From Phormidium sp. (GTDB lineage: Bacteria > Cyanobacteriota > Cyanobacteriia > Cyanobacteriales > Aerosakkonemataceae), in the NCBI GenBank assembly GCA_051013385.1, contig CP143273.1, positions 1,312,001 to 1,376,000 on the forward strand: a stretch of DNA of 64,000 nt, in the 5' to 3' direction. This document shows positions 51,215 to 61,053 of the stretch, in pieces. The position numbers and the translations under genes are program-made. The notes under the pieces are model-generated. The model was not told the DNA's origin, did no database searches, and saw only the letters and a list, made by a program, of their open reading frames with translations. The first letter of the stretch is position 1; every line of letters begins with the position of its first letter.

Positions 51215-51428
51215 GGCTAATTCATGAATTACCCCTACGCTGTAACGCAGGGCTAATTCATGTTCGGAGGAGAAATTGATTTGTGTAGGAGAGAGGATGC
51301 AAATAAAGGAAAAATCATCTGGCTTCTCTTTCTCCCAAGAGTCCCAAGAGTCCCAAGAGTCCCAAGAGTCCCCCCATCTGTTTAATTTTCTTTGATGACA
51401 ATGAATTACCCATACGCTGTAACGGGGG
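51198..51428. repeat. Composite REP-like palindrome region with an internal 9-bp tandem repeat
   Basis: CCCCCGTTACAGCGTAGGGCTAATTCATGAATTACCCCTACGCTGTAACG ... ATGAATTACCCATACGCTGTAACGGGGG; (CCCAAGAGT)x4 at about 51334-51369. Confidence 0.7.
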
Positions 51429-51479
51429 AGTATGTCAATAGCAGCCGTCCCGATCTGCGATCCCCAACTGCCGAAAATT

Positions 51480-51495
51480 TGTGACTTAAATCACA
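51480..51495. promoter_or_regulatory. CRP-family binding site
   Basis: Perfect TGTGA-CTTAAA-TCACA with AT-rich flanks, 200 bp upstream of the HD-GYP gene. Confidence 0.7.
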
Positions 51496-51694
51496 AATCC
51501 TAAAGTTTTGTCTCACTGCTAAAAATCAGGAAATATATTTTTCTATAGTTATAGTTAGTATTGATCGTGATCCCCATCAAGGAGAAAATCTTCTTTAAGT
51601 TATCATTTGTATGAATGGTAACTTGCTCTTAAAGTAAAGTACGTCATAAAAAAATCTGTTTTTACGTAATCCATATAGATTTAGGAAGGCGAAA

Positions 51695-52765
51695 GTGGCC
51701 GTGAGTCCTCGTTTTGATCTAGCTGTTGATTCATTCGGTGCAGCCAGTGTTCTAGACACCACATCCTCAAAGGGAAATGGCTTCAATTTAGATCAGCCAA
51801 AAGTCCTGGTTGTTGACGATCATGCTGCTAGCCGGATGACAGCAGCAGCCCTTCTCGCAGTAGAAGGCTACGAAGTATTGGAAGCAGAAAATGGCCCAGC
51901 AGCATTAATTACAGTGGTGGAACGACAACCCGATGTAATTTTGCTGGATGTGATGATGCCAGGAATGGATGGGTTTGAGGTTTGTCATAAGTTAAAGCAA
52001 GACGAACAAACTCGACTAGTACCAGTTATTTTTATTACCGCACTTAACGATCGCCGATCGCGCATTCGAGGAATAGAAGCCGGAGGAGACGACTTTCTCA
52101 CCAAGCCATTCGATCGCCTAGAACTAGCAGCCCGTGTCAAATCACTAGTACGTCAAAAACGCTTAAACGAAGACTTAGACCACGCCGAACAAGTAGTATT
52201 TTCGATCGCTAGAGCCATTGAAAGTCGCGACCCCAACACAGGCGACCACTGCGAAAGACTAGCCGCAATGGGCAAAGCTTTCGGTACTTTCCTGGGACTT
52301 TCTCGTTCCGAAATTCGCGACTTAATGTGGGGCGGATATCTCCACGATATCGGCAAAGTCGGCATTCCCGATGCCGTATTACTCAAAAAAGGTCAATTCA
52401 CCGAAGAAGAACGGCTAATCATGAATCAGCACGTTCTGATTGGCGAAAAAATTTGCCAACCCCTGCGAACCATGCACGGCGTTCTTCCCATTATCCGCCA
52501 TCACCACGAACGCTGGGACGGCAGCGGCTACCCAGACAAATTATCTGGAAATCAAATTCCCTACCTAGCACAGGTGTTTCAAATCATCGATATCTACGAT
52601 GCCTTGACTAGCGAACGACCTTATAAAAAAGCATTTTCGATCGAAGAAGCCCTAAACATTATTAACCAAGAAACAGCTAAAGGTTGGCGGAATCCCCAGT
52701 TAGTCGAGCAATTTATCGACTTTATTAGTTACAGACAACTGAAAAAAACCTCATCCCCAGATTGA
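51695..52765 (+). CDS. REC-HD-GYP cyclic-di-GMP phosphodiesterase response regulator
   Basis: LLDVMMP, LHDIGK, HHERWDGSGYP and RPYK motifs. Confidence 0.93.
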   Translation: MAVSPRFDLAVDSFGAASVLDTTSSKGNGFNLDQPKVLVVDDHAASRMTAAALLAVEGYEVLEAENGPAALITVVERQPDVILLDVMMPGMDGFEVCHKLKQDEQTRLVPVIFITALNDRRSRIRGIEAGGDDFLTKPFDRLELAARVKSLVRQKRLNEDLDHAEQVVFSIARAIESRDPNTGDHCERLAAMGKAFGTFLGLSRSEIRDLMWGGYLHDIGKVGIPDAVLLKKGQFTEEERLIMNQHVLIGEKICQPLRTMHGVLPIIRHHHERWDGSGYPDKLSGNQIPYLAQVFQIIDIYDALTSERPYKKAFSIEEALNIINQETAKGWRNPQLVEQFIDFISYRQLKKTSSPD

Positions 52766-52898
52766 CGCTCCCCATCCTACTGTGTTGAGGGTGGGGATAC
52801 AAGGCGGATTTCCGATAAAAATTCCTTGAGTAATTCAATATACATACTGGGTACGAAGCAAGGTATACTGCGGTATTTGTAGACTCTGTGTTCAAAAA

Positions 52899-54257
52899 AT
52901 GGTAGCAGTAGCAATCTTAGCGGCGGGACGTGGAACGCGGATGAAATCCCAACTACCCAAAGTATTACATCCCTTGGGTGGACGTTCCCTCGTAGAAAGA
53001 GTAATAGAAAGTTGTCTAGAAATTAACCCGAGCAGGCGCATCGTCATTATTGGTTATGAAGGAGAGAAAGTCAGAACCGCTCTCAACAATATACCAGATT
53101 TAGAATTTGTCGAACAAACAGAACAACTGGGAACAGGACACGCGATTCAACAATTATTACCTCATTTAGAGGGTTTCACTAAGGATTTATTAGTTTTAAA
53201 TGGCGATGTACCTTTATTGCGCCCCCAAACAATTAAACATTTAATCGAAGTTCACAAAGAAAATAAAAATTCCGCCACTTTGTTGACTGCACATTTACCA
53301 AATCCCAAAGGATATGGGCGCGTATTTTGCAACGGTCAAAACATCATTCAACAAATTGTGGAAGACCGAGATTGTACCGCAGCACAAAAGCAAAATAATC
53401 GAATTAATGCCGGAGTTTACTGTTTCCATTGGCCTGATTTAGCCAAGATATTACCAGATTTAAAAGCTGACAACAACCAAAAGGAATATTATTTAACTGA
53501 TGCCGTAAATGCACTAATGCCAGTTATGGCAGTTGATGTGGAAGATTATGAGGAAATTATCGGCATTAACGATCGCAAACAGCTAGCGGTAGTTCATCAA
53601 ATTTTGCAAGACAGAGTTAAAGATCATTGGATGACTGCTGGTGTAACTTTAATAGATCCCGATAGCACAACCATTGACGACACCGTAGAATTACAACCCG
53701 ACGTAATAATTGAACCCCAAACACATTTAAGGGGTAAAACTGTTATAGGAAAGGGTAGTAGAATTGGCCCTGGTTGTTTAATTGAAAATAGTCAAATTGG
53801 CGAAAATGTCACTGCACTTTATTCAGTAATTTCTGGTAGTGTAGTCCAATCAGGCACCACAATTGGCCCTTATACTCATTTACGCGGTAATGTAACTGTC
53901 GGGGAAAATTGCCGACTGGGGAACTTTGTGGAATTAAAAAATACCAAGTTGGGAAATAAGACTAATGTTGCTCATTTGTCTTATTTGGGAGATGCGACAT
54001 TAGGCGAAAAAGTGAATATTGGTGCCGGAACAATTACCGCTAATTATGATGGAGTGAAAAAACATAAAACTGTAATTGGCGATCGCACAAAAACAGGTTC
54101 CAATAGCGTATTAGTCGCCCCCATAACTGTAGGTTCCGATGTGACAATTGCCGCAGGTTCCACCGTCACCGAAAACGTCCCTGATGATAGTTTAGTAGTA
54201 GCTCGTTCTCGGCAAGTAGTCAAACCAGGTTGGCGGTTAAAAAGCGATACGCGCTAA
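52899..54257 (+). CDS. glmU: Bifunctional UDP-GlcNAc pyrophosphorylase / GlcN-1-P acetyltransferase
   Basis: [31 protein letters not shown] and NYDG motifs; hexapeptide repeats. Confidence 0.97.
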   Translation: MVAVAILAAGRGTRMKSQLPKVLHPLGGRSLVERVIESCLEINPSRRIVIIGYEGEKVRTALNNIPDLEFVEQTEQLGTGHAIQQLLPHLEGFTKDLLVLNGDVPLLRPQTIKHLIEVHKENKNSATLLTAHLPNPKGYGRVFCNGQNIIQQIVEDRDCTAAQKQNNRINAGVYCFHWPDLAKILPDLKADNNQKEYYLTDAVNALMPVMAVDVEDYEEIIGINDRKQLAVVHQILQDRVKDHWMTAGVTLIDPDSTTIDDTVELQPDVIIEPQTHLRGKTVIGKGSRIGPGCLIENSQIGENVTALYSVISGSVVQSGTTIGPYTHLRGNVTVGENCRLGNFVELKNTKLGNKTNVAHLSYLGDATLGEKVNIGAGTITANYDGVKKHKTVIGDRTKTGSNSVLVAPITVGSDVTIAAGSTVTENVPDDSLVVARSRQVVKPGWRLKSDTR

Positions 54258-54277
54258 CGCGCACGCTACGCGAACGA
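54244..54277 (-). repeat. Short GC-rich dispersed repeat overlapping the glmU stop; inverted partner at about 54414-54442
   Basis: Reverse complement TCGTTCGCGTAGCGTGCGCGTTAGCGCGTATCGC versus TCGTTCGCGTAGCGTGCGCGTAGCGCATT. Confidence 0.65.
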
Positions 54278-54299
54278 GACAGTCAGAAAAGTTAGAAAC

Positions 54300-54322
54300 T
54301 TGGTCATTGGTCATTGGTCATT
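54300..54322. repeat. STRR heptamer (TTGGTCA)x3
   Basis: TTGGTCATTGGTCATTGGTCATT. Confidence 0.7.
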
Positions 54323-54355
54323 TGTAAAATTTCAGCCTTCAAAGATTGAACGACT

Positions 54356-54398
54356 CGCTATCCTTCCCCACCTTCCTAAAAGGTGGGGAAGGATAGCG
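54356..54398. terminator. Strong hairpin between convergent glmU and the siderophore permease gene
   Basis: CGCTATCCTTCCCCACCTT-CCTAA-AAGGTGGGGAAGGATAGCG. Confidence 0.6.
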
Positions 54399-54537
54399 GT
54401 AATTTTTAGTGGTTCGTTCGCGTAGCGTGCGCGTAGCGCATTGCCACTAAAAATTACAAATTCCAGTGTACAATCTTTAAAGCGAGGCACATTAGATCTG
54501 AGTCAACCTAAGTACGGAAGAGCCAAAACATATATGT

Positions 54538-56541
54538 TCATCTGCGTTTAAAAATGAAACCTTGAGGTAGTAATAACCAAAGAAAATAGGGTGTTCCAAT
54601 AATAGCTGTAACTAAACCGGAAGGTATTTCTTTAGGAGCAAGAATCACTCGACCAATAGTATCTGCTAAAGTAACTAAAATTGCGCCTAAAAGTGCAGTA
54701 ATGGGAACTAATTGACGGTGATGATAACCAATTAATAAACGGGCGGTGTGTGGTGCAATTAAGCCAACAAAACTGACTGTACCAACGGTTGAAACAGCAG
54801 CGGCAGCTAGGGCGACTGCGATCGCAATTGCCACACCTCGCGTTTTCTGCAAAGATAAACCTAAACTGCGCGGTAAATCTTCACCCAACGCCATTAAATC
54901 TAACCAACGCGCCACTATTGCGGCTAAAGGTAACAAAATTAAGGGAAAAATTATCAATCTCCCCAATTCTTCCCAAGAACGGGCGTAAGTACTTCCTGAT
55001 AACCAAACTAAAGCTTGGGCAACTCGCAGTTTAGAAAACACGACTAAAATGTTAATCCCGGCAGCACAAAAAGCCGACATAGCCACGCCTATAAGAGCCA
55101 AGCGAGTCGGAGAAATGCCATTTTGCCACGCAAAGAGGTAAACTGTTCCAAACGCTGCAATAGCACCGCCAAATGCCGCTAGGGGAATCATTTCTACAGG
55201 GGCTTCGGGGAAAATTACTAACATTAATAATGCCCCTAAACCTGCACCAGAAGTAATACCAACAATTTCGGGGCCTGCTAAAGAATTTCGCACCACACCT
55301 TGCAAGAGTAAACCGCTAACTCCCAAAGATGCACCAGCGAACATTCCTACTAATAACCGAGGTAAACGTAATTGCCAAATTACCCTTTGAGAAAGTGCAT
55401 TTCCTCCACCTACTAAAGTATTAATAATTTCCCCAAAGTTAAGCGAAAGATTTCCCGATGATAAACCGATAAATAAAAAGACGCACAAAACGATACTTAA
55501 ACCAGCAAGTAGTAGAGGAAAAGGGAGAAAACGAGAAGGGTGAGAAAACTGATTTGATGGGCGACTTTTGCTAGTTTGTTGACTGGAACGAGCTAAAATA
55601 ATTAAAAATGGTGCGCCAATTAAAGCGGTAATGCTACCAGTGGGAAGTTCGCTGAGATTAGTTGTTAAAGTTTGGGCGACAATATCCGCACCTACTAATA
55701 TAATTGCACCCCAAATAGCAGAACCGGGAATTAGTAAAAAGTGACGACGATATCCTAACAAACGAACGAGATGAGGGGCGACTAAACCAATGAACCCAAT
55801 AGAACCGACAACGCTAACAGCAACAGCAGCGAGAAATACAGCGGTAAGAGTAGTTATTAAGCGAGTTTGTTGAACTTTTTGTCCTAGCGATCGCGCCACA
55901 TCTTCGCCAAGTAATAATATATCTAGAGCCTTGGCGATCCAAAGCGCAACAATTACCGCAAAAATAACTTTTGGCGCTGCATAAATATTACTATTCCAAT
56001 CAACTTGGGAAAGAGAACCTGCACCCCAAAAGAATAAACCAGTAGTTTCATTTTCAAATAATAGTTGTAAAGCAGCGGTAAAAGCAGAAAGGGCGAGAGA
56101 AACAGCGATACCAGATAAAGTGAGACGCAGGGGATTAATTTGGGTTGCACCTGCGATCGTATAAACTAAAATAGCTGTGACTAAACCGCCACTAAAAGCA
56201 ACTATAATCGGTGATAACTTTCCAGGTAAAATTATTGCACTAAGAGTAAGAGCAAAATAAGCCCCAGCATTAATTCCCAAAGTAGTAGGTGAAGCAAGAG
56301 AATTACGAGTAATTGTTTGTAATAAAGCGCCACTAACACCCAAAGCAGCACCCGAAATTACTGCTATTAAAGCACGAGGAAGACGCAGAAAGCGAATAAC
56401 TTCTGCTTCTGGAGTATCGCCAGAAAACAAACTAGAAACCACAGTAGAAAAATCAACTTCCGTTTGTCCTTGGCAAATATGCAAGAACAACAATAACACC
56501 AATAACAGTAAACTACCAACTAAAACAATTAACCTCTTCAT
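54538..56541 (-). CDS. fhuB: Fe-hydroxamate ABC transporter permease with two fused FecCD halves
   Basis: Two RLPR...RNSLA...LGED...FIGLVAPH repeats; 667 aa. Confidence 0.88.
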   Translation of the reverse strand: MKRLIVLVGSLLLLVLLLFLHICQGQTEVDFSTVVSSLFSGDTPEAEVIRFLRLPRALIAVISGAALGVSGALLQTITRNSLASPTTLGINAGAYFALTLSAIILPGKLSPIIVAFSGGLVTAILVYTIAGATQINPLRLTLSGIAVSLALSAFTAALQLLFENETTGLFFWGAGSLSQVDWNSNIYAAPKVIFAVIVALWIAKALDILLLGEDVARSLGQKVQQTRLITTLTAVFLAAVAVSVVGSIGFIGLVAPHLVRLLGYRRHFLLIPGSAIWGAIILVGADIVAQTLTTNLSELPTGSITALIGAPFLIILARSSQQTSKSRPSNQFSHPSRFLPFPLLLAGLSIVLCVFLFIGLSSGNLSLNFGEIINTLVGGGNALSQRVIWQLRLPRLLVGMFAGASLGVSGLLLQGVVRNSLAGPEIVGITSGAGLGALLMLVIFPEAPVEMIPLAAFGGAIAAFGTVYLFAWQNGISPTRLALIGVAMSAFCAAGINILVVFSKLRVAQALVWLSGSTYARSWEELGRLIIFPLILLPLAAIVARWLDLMALGEDLPRSLGLSLQKTRGVAIAIAVALAAAAVSTVGTVSFVGLIAPHTARLLIGYHHRQLVPITALLGAILVTLADTIGRVILAPKEIPSGLVTAIIGTPYFLWLLLPQGFIFKRR

Positions 56542-56686
56542 TTGTGTTTATCTGTGGTTAAAAAAAAGCCTTAACTGAGCTCTTGCACCAAGAGGCAGAG
56601 CCTCCATTCTTCGTTCCCAGGTTGAACCTGGGAACGAGGAAAAAAAGTCTCGCATCGCCACCCAATTTTACAAAAACATCTGCGTT

Positions 56687-57589
56687 TTAAATTAAACCTT
56701 CAACAACCTTTTCCGCCAAAATTTTAGCAGATAATGGCCCACCAAAAACCCAAGTATCTTCTCCCAAAGAGTATAAACGATTGTCTTTAACAAACTCCAA
56801 CCTTTTCCAAACTGGATTACTAGCAAAACCTTGTTGAGGAACTTGATTATTTTCAGCAATATAAAGGAAGTGAGACTTTTCTACAGGAAGTAAACTTTCC
56901 AATCCTACAGTATTAAAACCAAAGCGATCGACCTTTCCCCCCCAAGCATTTTTTAACCCAATCTTTTCCAAAACTTGTATTGCTAAAGCATTTTGCGTAA
57001 ACAAACGAAGATCGGGAACAAATTGACCGAGAATAAAAGTATCTCCGGCTAAATTTGCTGACTTGATTTTTGTTGCTGATTCTGTTAAACTATTTTGCAG
57101 ATTTTTTAGTACAATTTCACCTTGATTAACTTGATTACAGGCTTGGGCAATTTGGCGAAAAGTTTGCTGCATTTCCTCAAATTGATTAGCTTTTCCTGGG
57201 TGAATATAGGGATTAAATAAAAGCGTTTTGCCTATAGAAGACAAGGTTTTTAAAATCGGTTGGTGGCGGAGTTCTAAACCGAGAATTAGATTAGGTTGTA
57301 ATTGTGCGATCGCTTCCAAACTAGGTTCTTGTCGGGTTCCCACATCTTGAACATTTGGCGCGAGTTGCGGCGCAATATTCACATATTTTTTATATCCCGC
57401 AATATCCGCCACACCGACAGGTTGAATACCTAATGCTAGCAAGTTTTCCACATAAGTCCACTCTAAAGCAACAACTCGCAAATCGTTAGTTTTAGCAACT
57501 TGATTAACTGAAGATTTTTGTTGAGAACAAGCAACAGTAAAAGCTGTTGCTGCTGCGGTAATAAGTAACTTCCTACGACTTAAATTCAT
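56687..57589 (-). CDS. fhuD: Fe-siderophore ABC substrate-binding lipoprotein (Tat-like RR signal)
   Basis: SRRKLL...VAC lipobox, VVALEW, DVGTRQEPSLE and FGGPLSA motifs. Confidence 0.8.
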   Translation of the reverse strand: MNLSRRKLLITAAATAFTVACSQQKSSVNQVAKTNDLRVVALEWTYVENLLALGIQPVGVADIAGYKKYVNIAPQLAPNVQDVGTRQEPSLEAIAQLQPNLILGLELRHQPILKTLSSIGKTLLFNPYIHPGKANQFEEMQQTFRQIAQACNQVNQGEIVLKNLQNSLTESATKIKSANLAGDTFILGQFVPDLRLFTQNALAIQVLEKIGLKNAWGGKVDRFGFNTVGLESLLPVEKSHFLYIAENNQVPQQGFASNPVWKRLEFVKDNRLYSLGEDTWVFGGPLSAKILAEKVVEGLI

Positions 57590-57619
57590 AAAAACCTCTT
57601 CTTATTCCTTCGTGTCTTA

Positions 57620-57672
57620 GTACGTTGTTGCGCTTCAGCGCTAAAGAAAGGCGCTGAAGCGCAACAACATAC
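57620..57672. repeat. GTAC-REP-like doublet (copy 3 of 3)
   Basis: GTACGTTGTTGCGCTTCAGCGC ... GCGCTGAAGCGCAACAACATAC. Confidence 0.7.
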
Positions 57673-57748
57673 CTAGAAAATTCTTGAAGTCTTGTAACAC
57701 TTGCGTAAGTCCTAAAAAAACGAAAATTACCTAGTCCCCATTACCGAT

Positions 57749-58522
57749 TTAAAACAAACAAATGGGTACGCCATTAACCGGATGAGAAATAATTGTCATT
57801 TCTACACCAAATACTTCTCGAACAATTTCTGGAGTCATGACTTCTGCTGGGGAACCAGAAGCGATTATTTGACCTTGTTTGAAGAAGATTAGGCGATCGC
57901 TATAACCAGCTGCTTGATTCAAATCATGCAAAACCCATCCTACGGTAATTCCTTCCTGACGATTCAAAGAACGCACCAAAGATAACACTTCTAATTGATG
58001 GCGAATATCTAAAAAAGTGGTAGGTTCATCTAATAATAATATCTGGGTTTTTTGCGCTAAAGCTAACGCAATCCACGCCCGTTGACGTTCTCCCCCAGAA
58101 AGTGTATCCACCGCCCTTTTTGCTAAAGGTTCTAACCCTGTAACTTCCAACGCCCAACGCATTGCTTCCAGATCAACTTTCGAGAAACTGCTAAATAATC
58201 CTTGATGGGGATAGCGTCCAAATCCAATTAATTCCCACACTGTTACACCTTCGGGAATATCAGGTGATTGGGGTAACATAGCGAGTTGTTTAGCGATTTC
58301 TCGCGTCGATAATTGGGCGATGTTGCGACTATTCAAGTAAACAATTCCTTGGGAAGGTGATAACAACCGGGCTAAAGTTCGTAAAACAGTGCTTTTTCCT
58401 GAACCATTTGGACCGATTAAAGCTGTTACCTTTCCCGGTGTTAAAGTGAAAGAAAGGTTAGGAACGATTACTCGATCGCCATAAGCTATCTTTAAATAGT
58501 GCGTTTCAATTTCCATTACCAA
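57749..58522 (-). CDS. fhuC: Fe-siderophore ABC transporter ATP-binding protein
   Basis: GPNGSGKS, LSGGERQRAW, LLDEPT and LHDLN motifs. Confidence 0.85.
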   Translation of the reverse strand: MVMEIETHYLKIAYGDRVIVPNLSFTLTPGKVTALIGPNGSGKSTVLRTLARLLSPSQGIVYLNSRNIAQLSTREIAKQLAMLPQSPDIPEGVTVWELIGFGRYPHQGLFSSFSKVDLEAMRWALEVTGLEPLAKRAVDTLSGGERQRAWIALALAQKTQILLLDEPTTFLDIRHQLEVLSLVRSLNRQEGITVGWVLHDLNQAAGYSDRLIFFKQGQIIASGSPAEVMTPEIVREVFGVEMTIISHPVNGVPICLF

Positions 58523-60999
58523 GTAAAGCTGTATCTTACACTAATGGTTGTTCCTTGCGCCGCAGCGTTGCTAGAATTGATTCCTTGAATTTGGGAAACG
58601 ATGGGGAAATATTGGGTATTAAATAAATTTTGTACCCCAATAGTTAGCGTACCTGGCCCTACTTTAATAGTGCTAAGATAGTCAGCGGTAAAGTAGCTAT
58701 TTACCTCTTCTAAACCATAACCATCACCTTCAGGATTACGACCACCAGAATACAGGAATTGTAAACGATTACTCCAGCGAGAAGTTGTTTGGTGTTGCAC
58801 ATAAGCGGTAAGTTTTAGGGGAGGAATCCGAAAACCGTCAAGGTCAGTGTAATCGCCATCGTCGCCAATATCAATCCTTCCTTCTAACCAACTTAAAGTT
58901 CCGCCTAATGTTAAGCGATCGCTTAATTTAGTATCAATGGTTGCTTCAATCCCATAGACATATTCAGGAGCACGAATTACATTTAAGTCAGCATCAAAGG
59001 TAGAACCTAAATCTGATTGATTATAAAATCCAGATAATGATGCTTGAATGTTGCGCCATTGTCCGCGAACTCCTAATTCAAAATTGTTGACCTTTTGGGG
59101 TTCGGGGTTAATATCTCTGACAGATAAATCTGCGGAAGCACTTCGCAAAACTCGACCCACATCTGCGAGGGAAAAACCTTGGGAAAAGTTGAAAAATACG
59201 TTAACTTCAGGGATGACAAAGTAAACAATTCCGGCGTTGAACAGTAGTTCGTTATAGTCGAGATTTCCGCCTCTAATATTGTTACCGCTTAAGGTGGTAT
59301 AGTCATCAACATTTATCCCTGCGGTTTCGTAGCGAAGACCACCATTTAGGATGACGCGATCGTTAATATTCCAGTTAAATTGAGCAAATAATCCTAAACT
59401 ACTTAATTCGATCGGTGGTGCCCAAATTCGGTTTCCGCGCTTGCGATATCTTAACCCATTACTCGCATCGAATTCTGATTCATCAAAAGTAGAAACTGGT
59501 TGAACAGTATCTTCAAAAAAGTAATCCGCACCCCACAATAATCTAGCTGCACCTTGATTAAATAAAGGAGTATCAATTTGGACTCGTGCGCCAAATTTAT
59601 CCGATTCAATTCTAGATTGGATAATATCGTTACCAAACCCTGCAAAATCTCGCGCATCAAAGGGGAAAAAACGAGTGAAATAGTTACGATAATAAGCTTG
59701 AGCTTGTAATTTACTACCTAAAAGATCATCGTGACGATATTGTAAGTTAACTTGGGTATTTCTAGTAGCTTGTTGTTCATCTAAATCTAGTCCTCGTAAA
59801 GCACGAGCACGGCGACGATTGGGAAATTCATCTACACGAGGGTCACTAGTATAGTCGGTATTTTGGGTGTCTTGAAAGTAGTTAAAACTGAATTCCAAAC
59901 GTTGATTTTCACTCGGTCGCCAACCAACTTTTCCCAAAAAATTCATACTATTAGTATCAGCAAGTCCACCTTGTCCATTAGGGTCGGGAGGAATGCGATT
60001 TCCACCAGCATCAAAAAATCCCCCAATTCCCGAAAAGCTAGCAGAAACTAAGTAATCGATCGGTCCTTGATTCCCCGAAACTGATTGTTGAGCAAAATAA
60101 CCCAAACTATCAGAAAAATGACTTAAAGAAGCATTAGTTCCTACTTCAGTTCTCAGGGTTAATTGTTCTTTACTAGGTCGTCGAGTCGTAATATTAACGA
60201 TCCCACCAGTTGCGCCATCGCCGTAAATTGCGGAAGGTCCCCGCAACACTTCAATTCTTTCGATAACTGAAGGATCGATCGTTCTTAAATCCCGAAAAAC
60301 ATTGCGACTAGTAGACTGAGGAACGCCATCAATAATTACTAAAATATTGCGTCCGCGCAAAGATTGTCCGAAGTTACTAGCGCTTTGAGTTGAAGGCGCT
60401 AAACCAGGAACTAACTGACTTAATGTTGTCCCAAGATCGGGTGTAATTCGAGTTTGAGTTTCGAGTTGTTCCCGATTAATAACTGTTATGGAACGAGGAA
60501 CATTATTAATATTTTCTGCGGTACGAGTTGCAGTGACAACAAGTTCAATCTCTTCTGGTTCTAGACTGGTAACTGTACCAGGAGTAATGCTAAAAGCAAG
60601 TCCTTGAGGAGTTAATTCATATTCAGCTTTTGGCGGATTACTTTCCCCAACAATTGTTAAACGAACCGTATTAGAATCGAGAGTTGTCAGCGAAATCCTT
60701 TGAATACCTGGAACCGGATTAATTTGTTCAGGCGGTGTATTTTCCGGTAAATTAAGTTGAGCATTAGGAATATCAAAAATTAAACTTTGATTCTCAGTAA
60801 CAGGTCTAATATTAGGTAAAACTCCTGAACTAGTTTGTAAAATAGCTTCCACACCATTAGAAGTTCTATTAAACTCAATTCCCGTAATTTGCAGAACTTG
60901 AGCAAAAACCGATTGAACATTAACTAAAGAAACAACACTTCCCACAAAAACAGAACTAAAACCAGACCAAAAATTCACAATTGTTCTCCTCACACACAA
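58516..60999 (-). CDS. TonB-dependent siderophore receptor with an N-terminal AMIN domain (IutA/SchT-like)
   Basis: ELVVTATRT TonB-box region, IDGVPQ, IERIEVLRGP..YG...GG plug, C-terminal aromatic SVRYSFTW. Confidence 0.9.
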   Translation of the reverse strand: MCVRRTIVNFWSGFSSVFVGSVVSLVNVQSVFAQVLQITGIEFNRTSNGVEAILQTSSGVLPNIRPVTENQSLIFDIPNAQLNLPENTPPEQINPVPGIQRISLTTLDSNTVRLTIVGESNPPKAEYELTPQGLAFSITPGTVTSLEPEEIELVVTATRTAENINNVPRSITVINREQLETQTRITPDLGTTLSQLVPGLAPSTQSASNFGQSLRGRNILVIIDGVPQSTSRNVFRDLRTIDPSVIERIEVLRGPSAIYGDGATGGIVNITTRRPSKEQLTLRTEVGTNASLSHFSDSLGYFAQQSVSGNQGPIDYLVSASFSGIGGFFDAGGNRIPPDPNGQGGLADTNSMNFLGKVGWRPSENQRLEFSFNYFQDTQNTDYTSDPRVDEFPNRRRARALRGLDLDEQQATRNTQVNLQYRHDDLLGSKLQAQAYYRNYFTRFFPFDARDFAGFGNDIIQSRIESDKFGARVQIDTPLFNQGAARLLWGADYFFEDTVQPVSTFDESEFDASNGLRYRKRGNRIWAPPIELSSLGLFAQFNWNINDRVILNGGLRYETAGINVDDYTTLSGNNIRGGNLDYNELLFNAGIVYFVIPEVNVFFNFSQGFSLADVGRVLRSASADLSVRDINPEPQKVNNFELGVRGQWRNIQASLSGFYNQSDLGSTFDADLNVIRAPEYVYGIEATIDTKLSDRLTLGGTLSWLEGRIDIGDDGDYTDLDGFRIPPLKLTAYVQHQTTSRWSNRLQFLYSGGRNPEGDGYGLEEVNSYFTADYLSTIKVGPGTLTIGVQNLFNTQYFPIVSQIQGINSSNAAAQGTTISVRYSFTW

Positions 61000-61053
61000 C
61001 GTAAAAAATCTTCTCTCTTCTCTTCCTCTGCGTCCTCTGCGTCTCTGCGGTTT

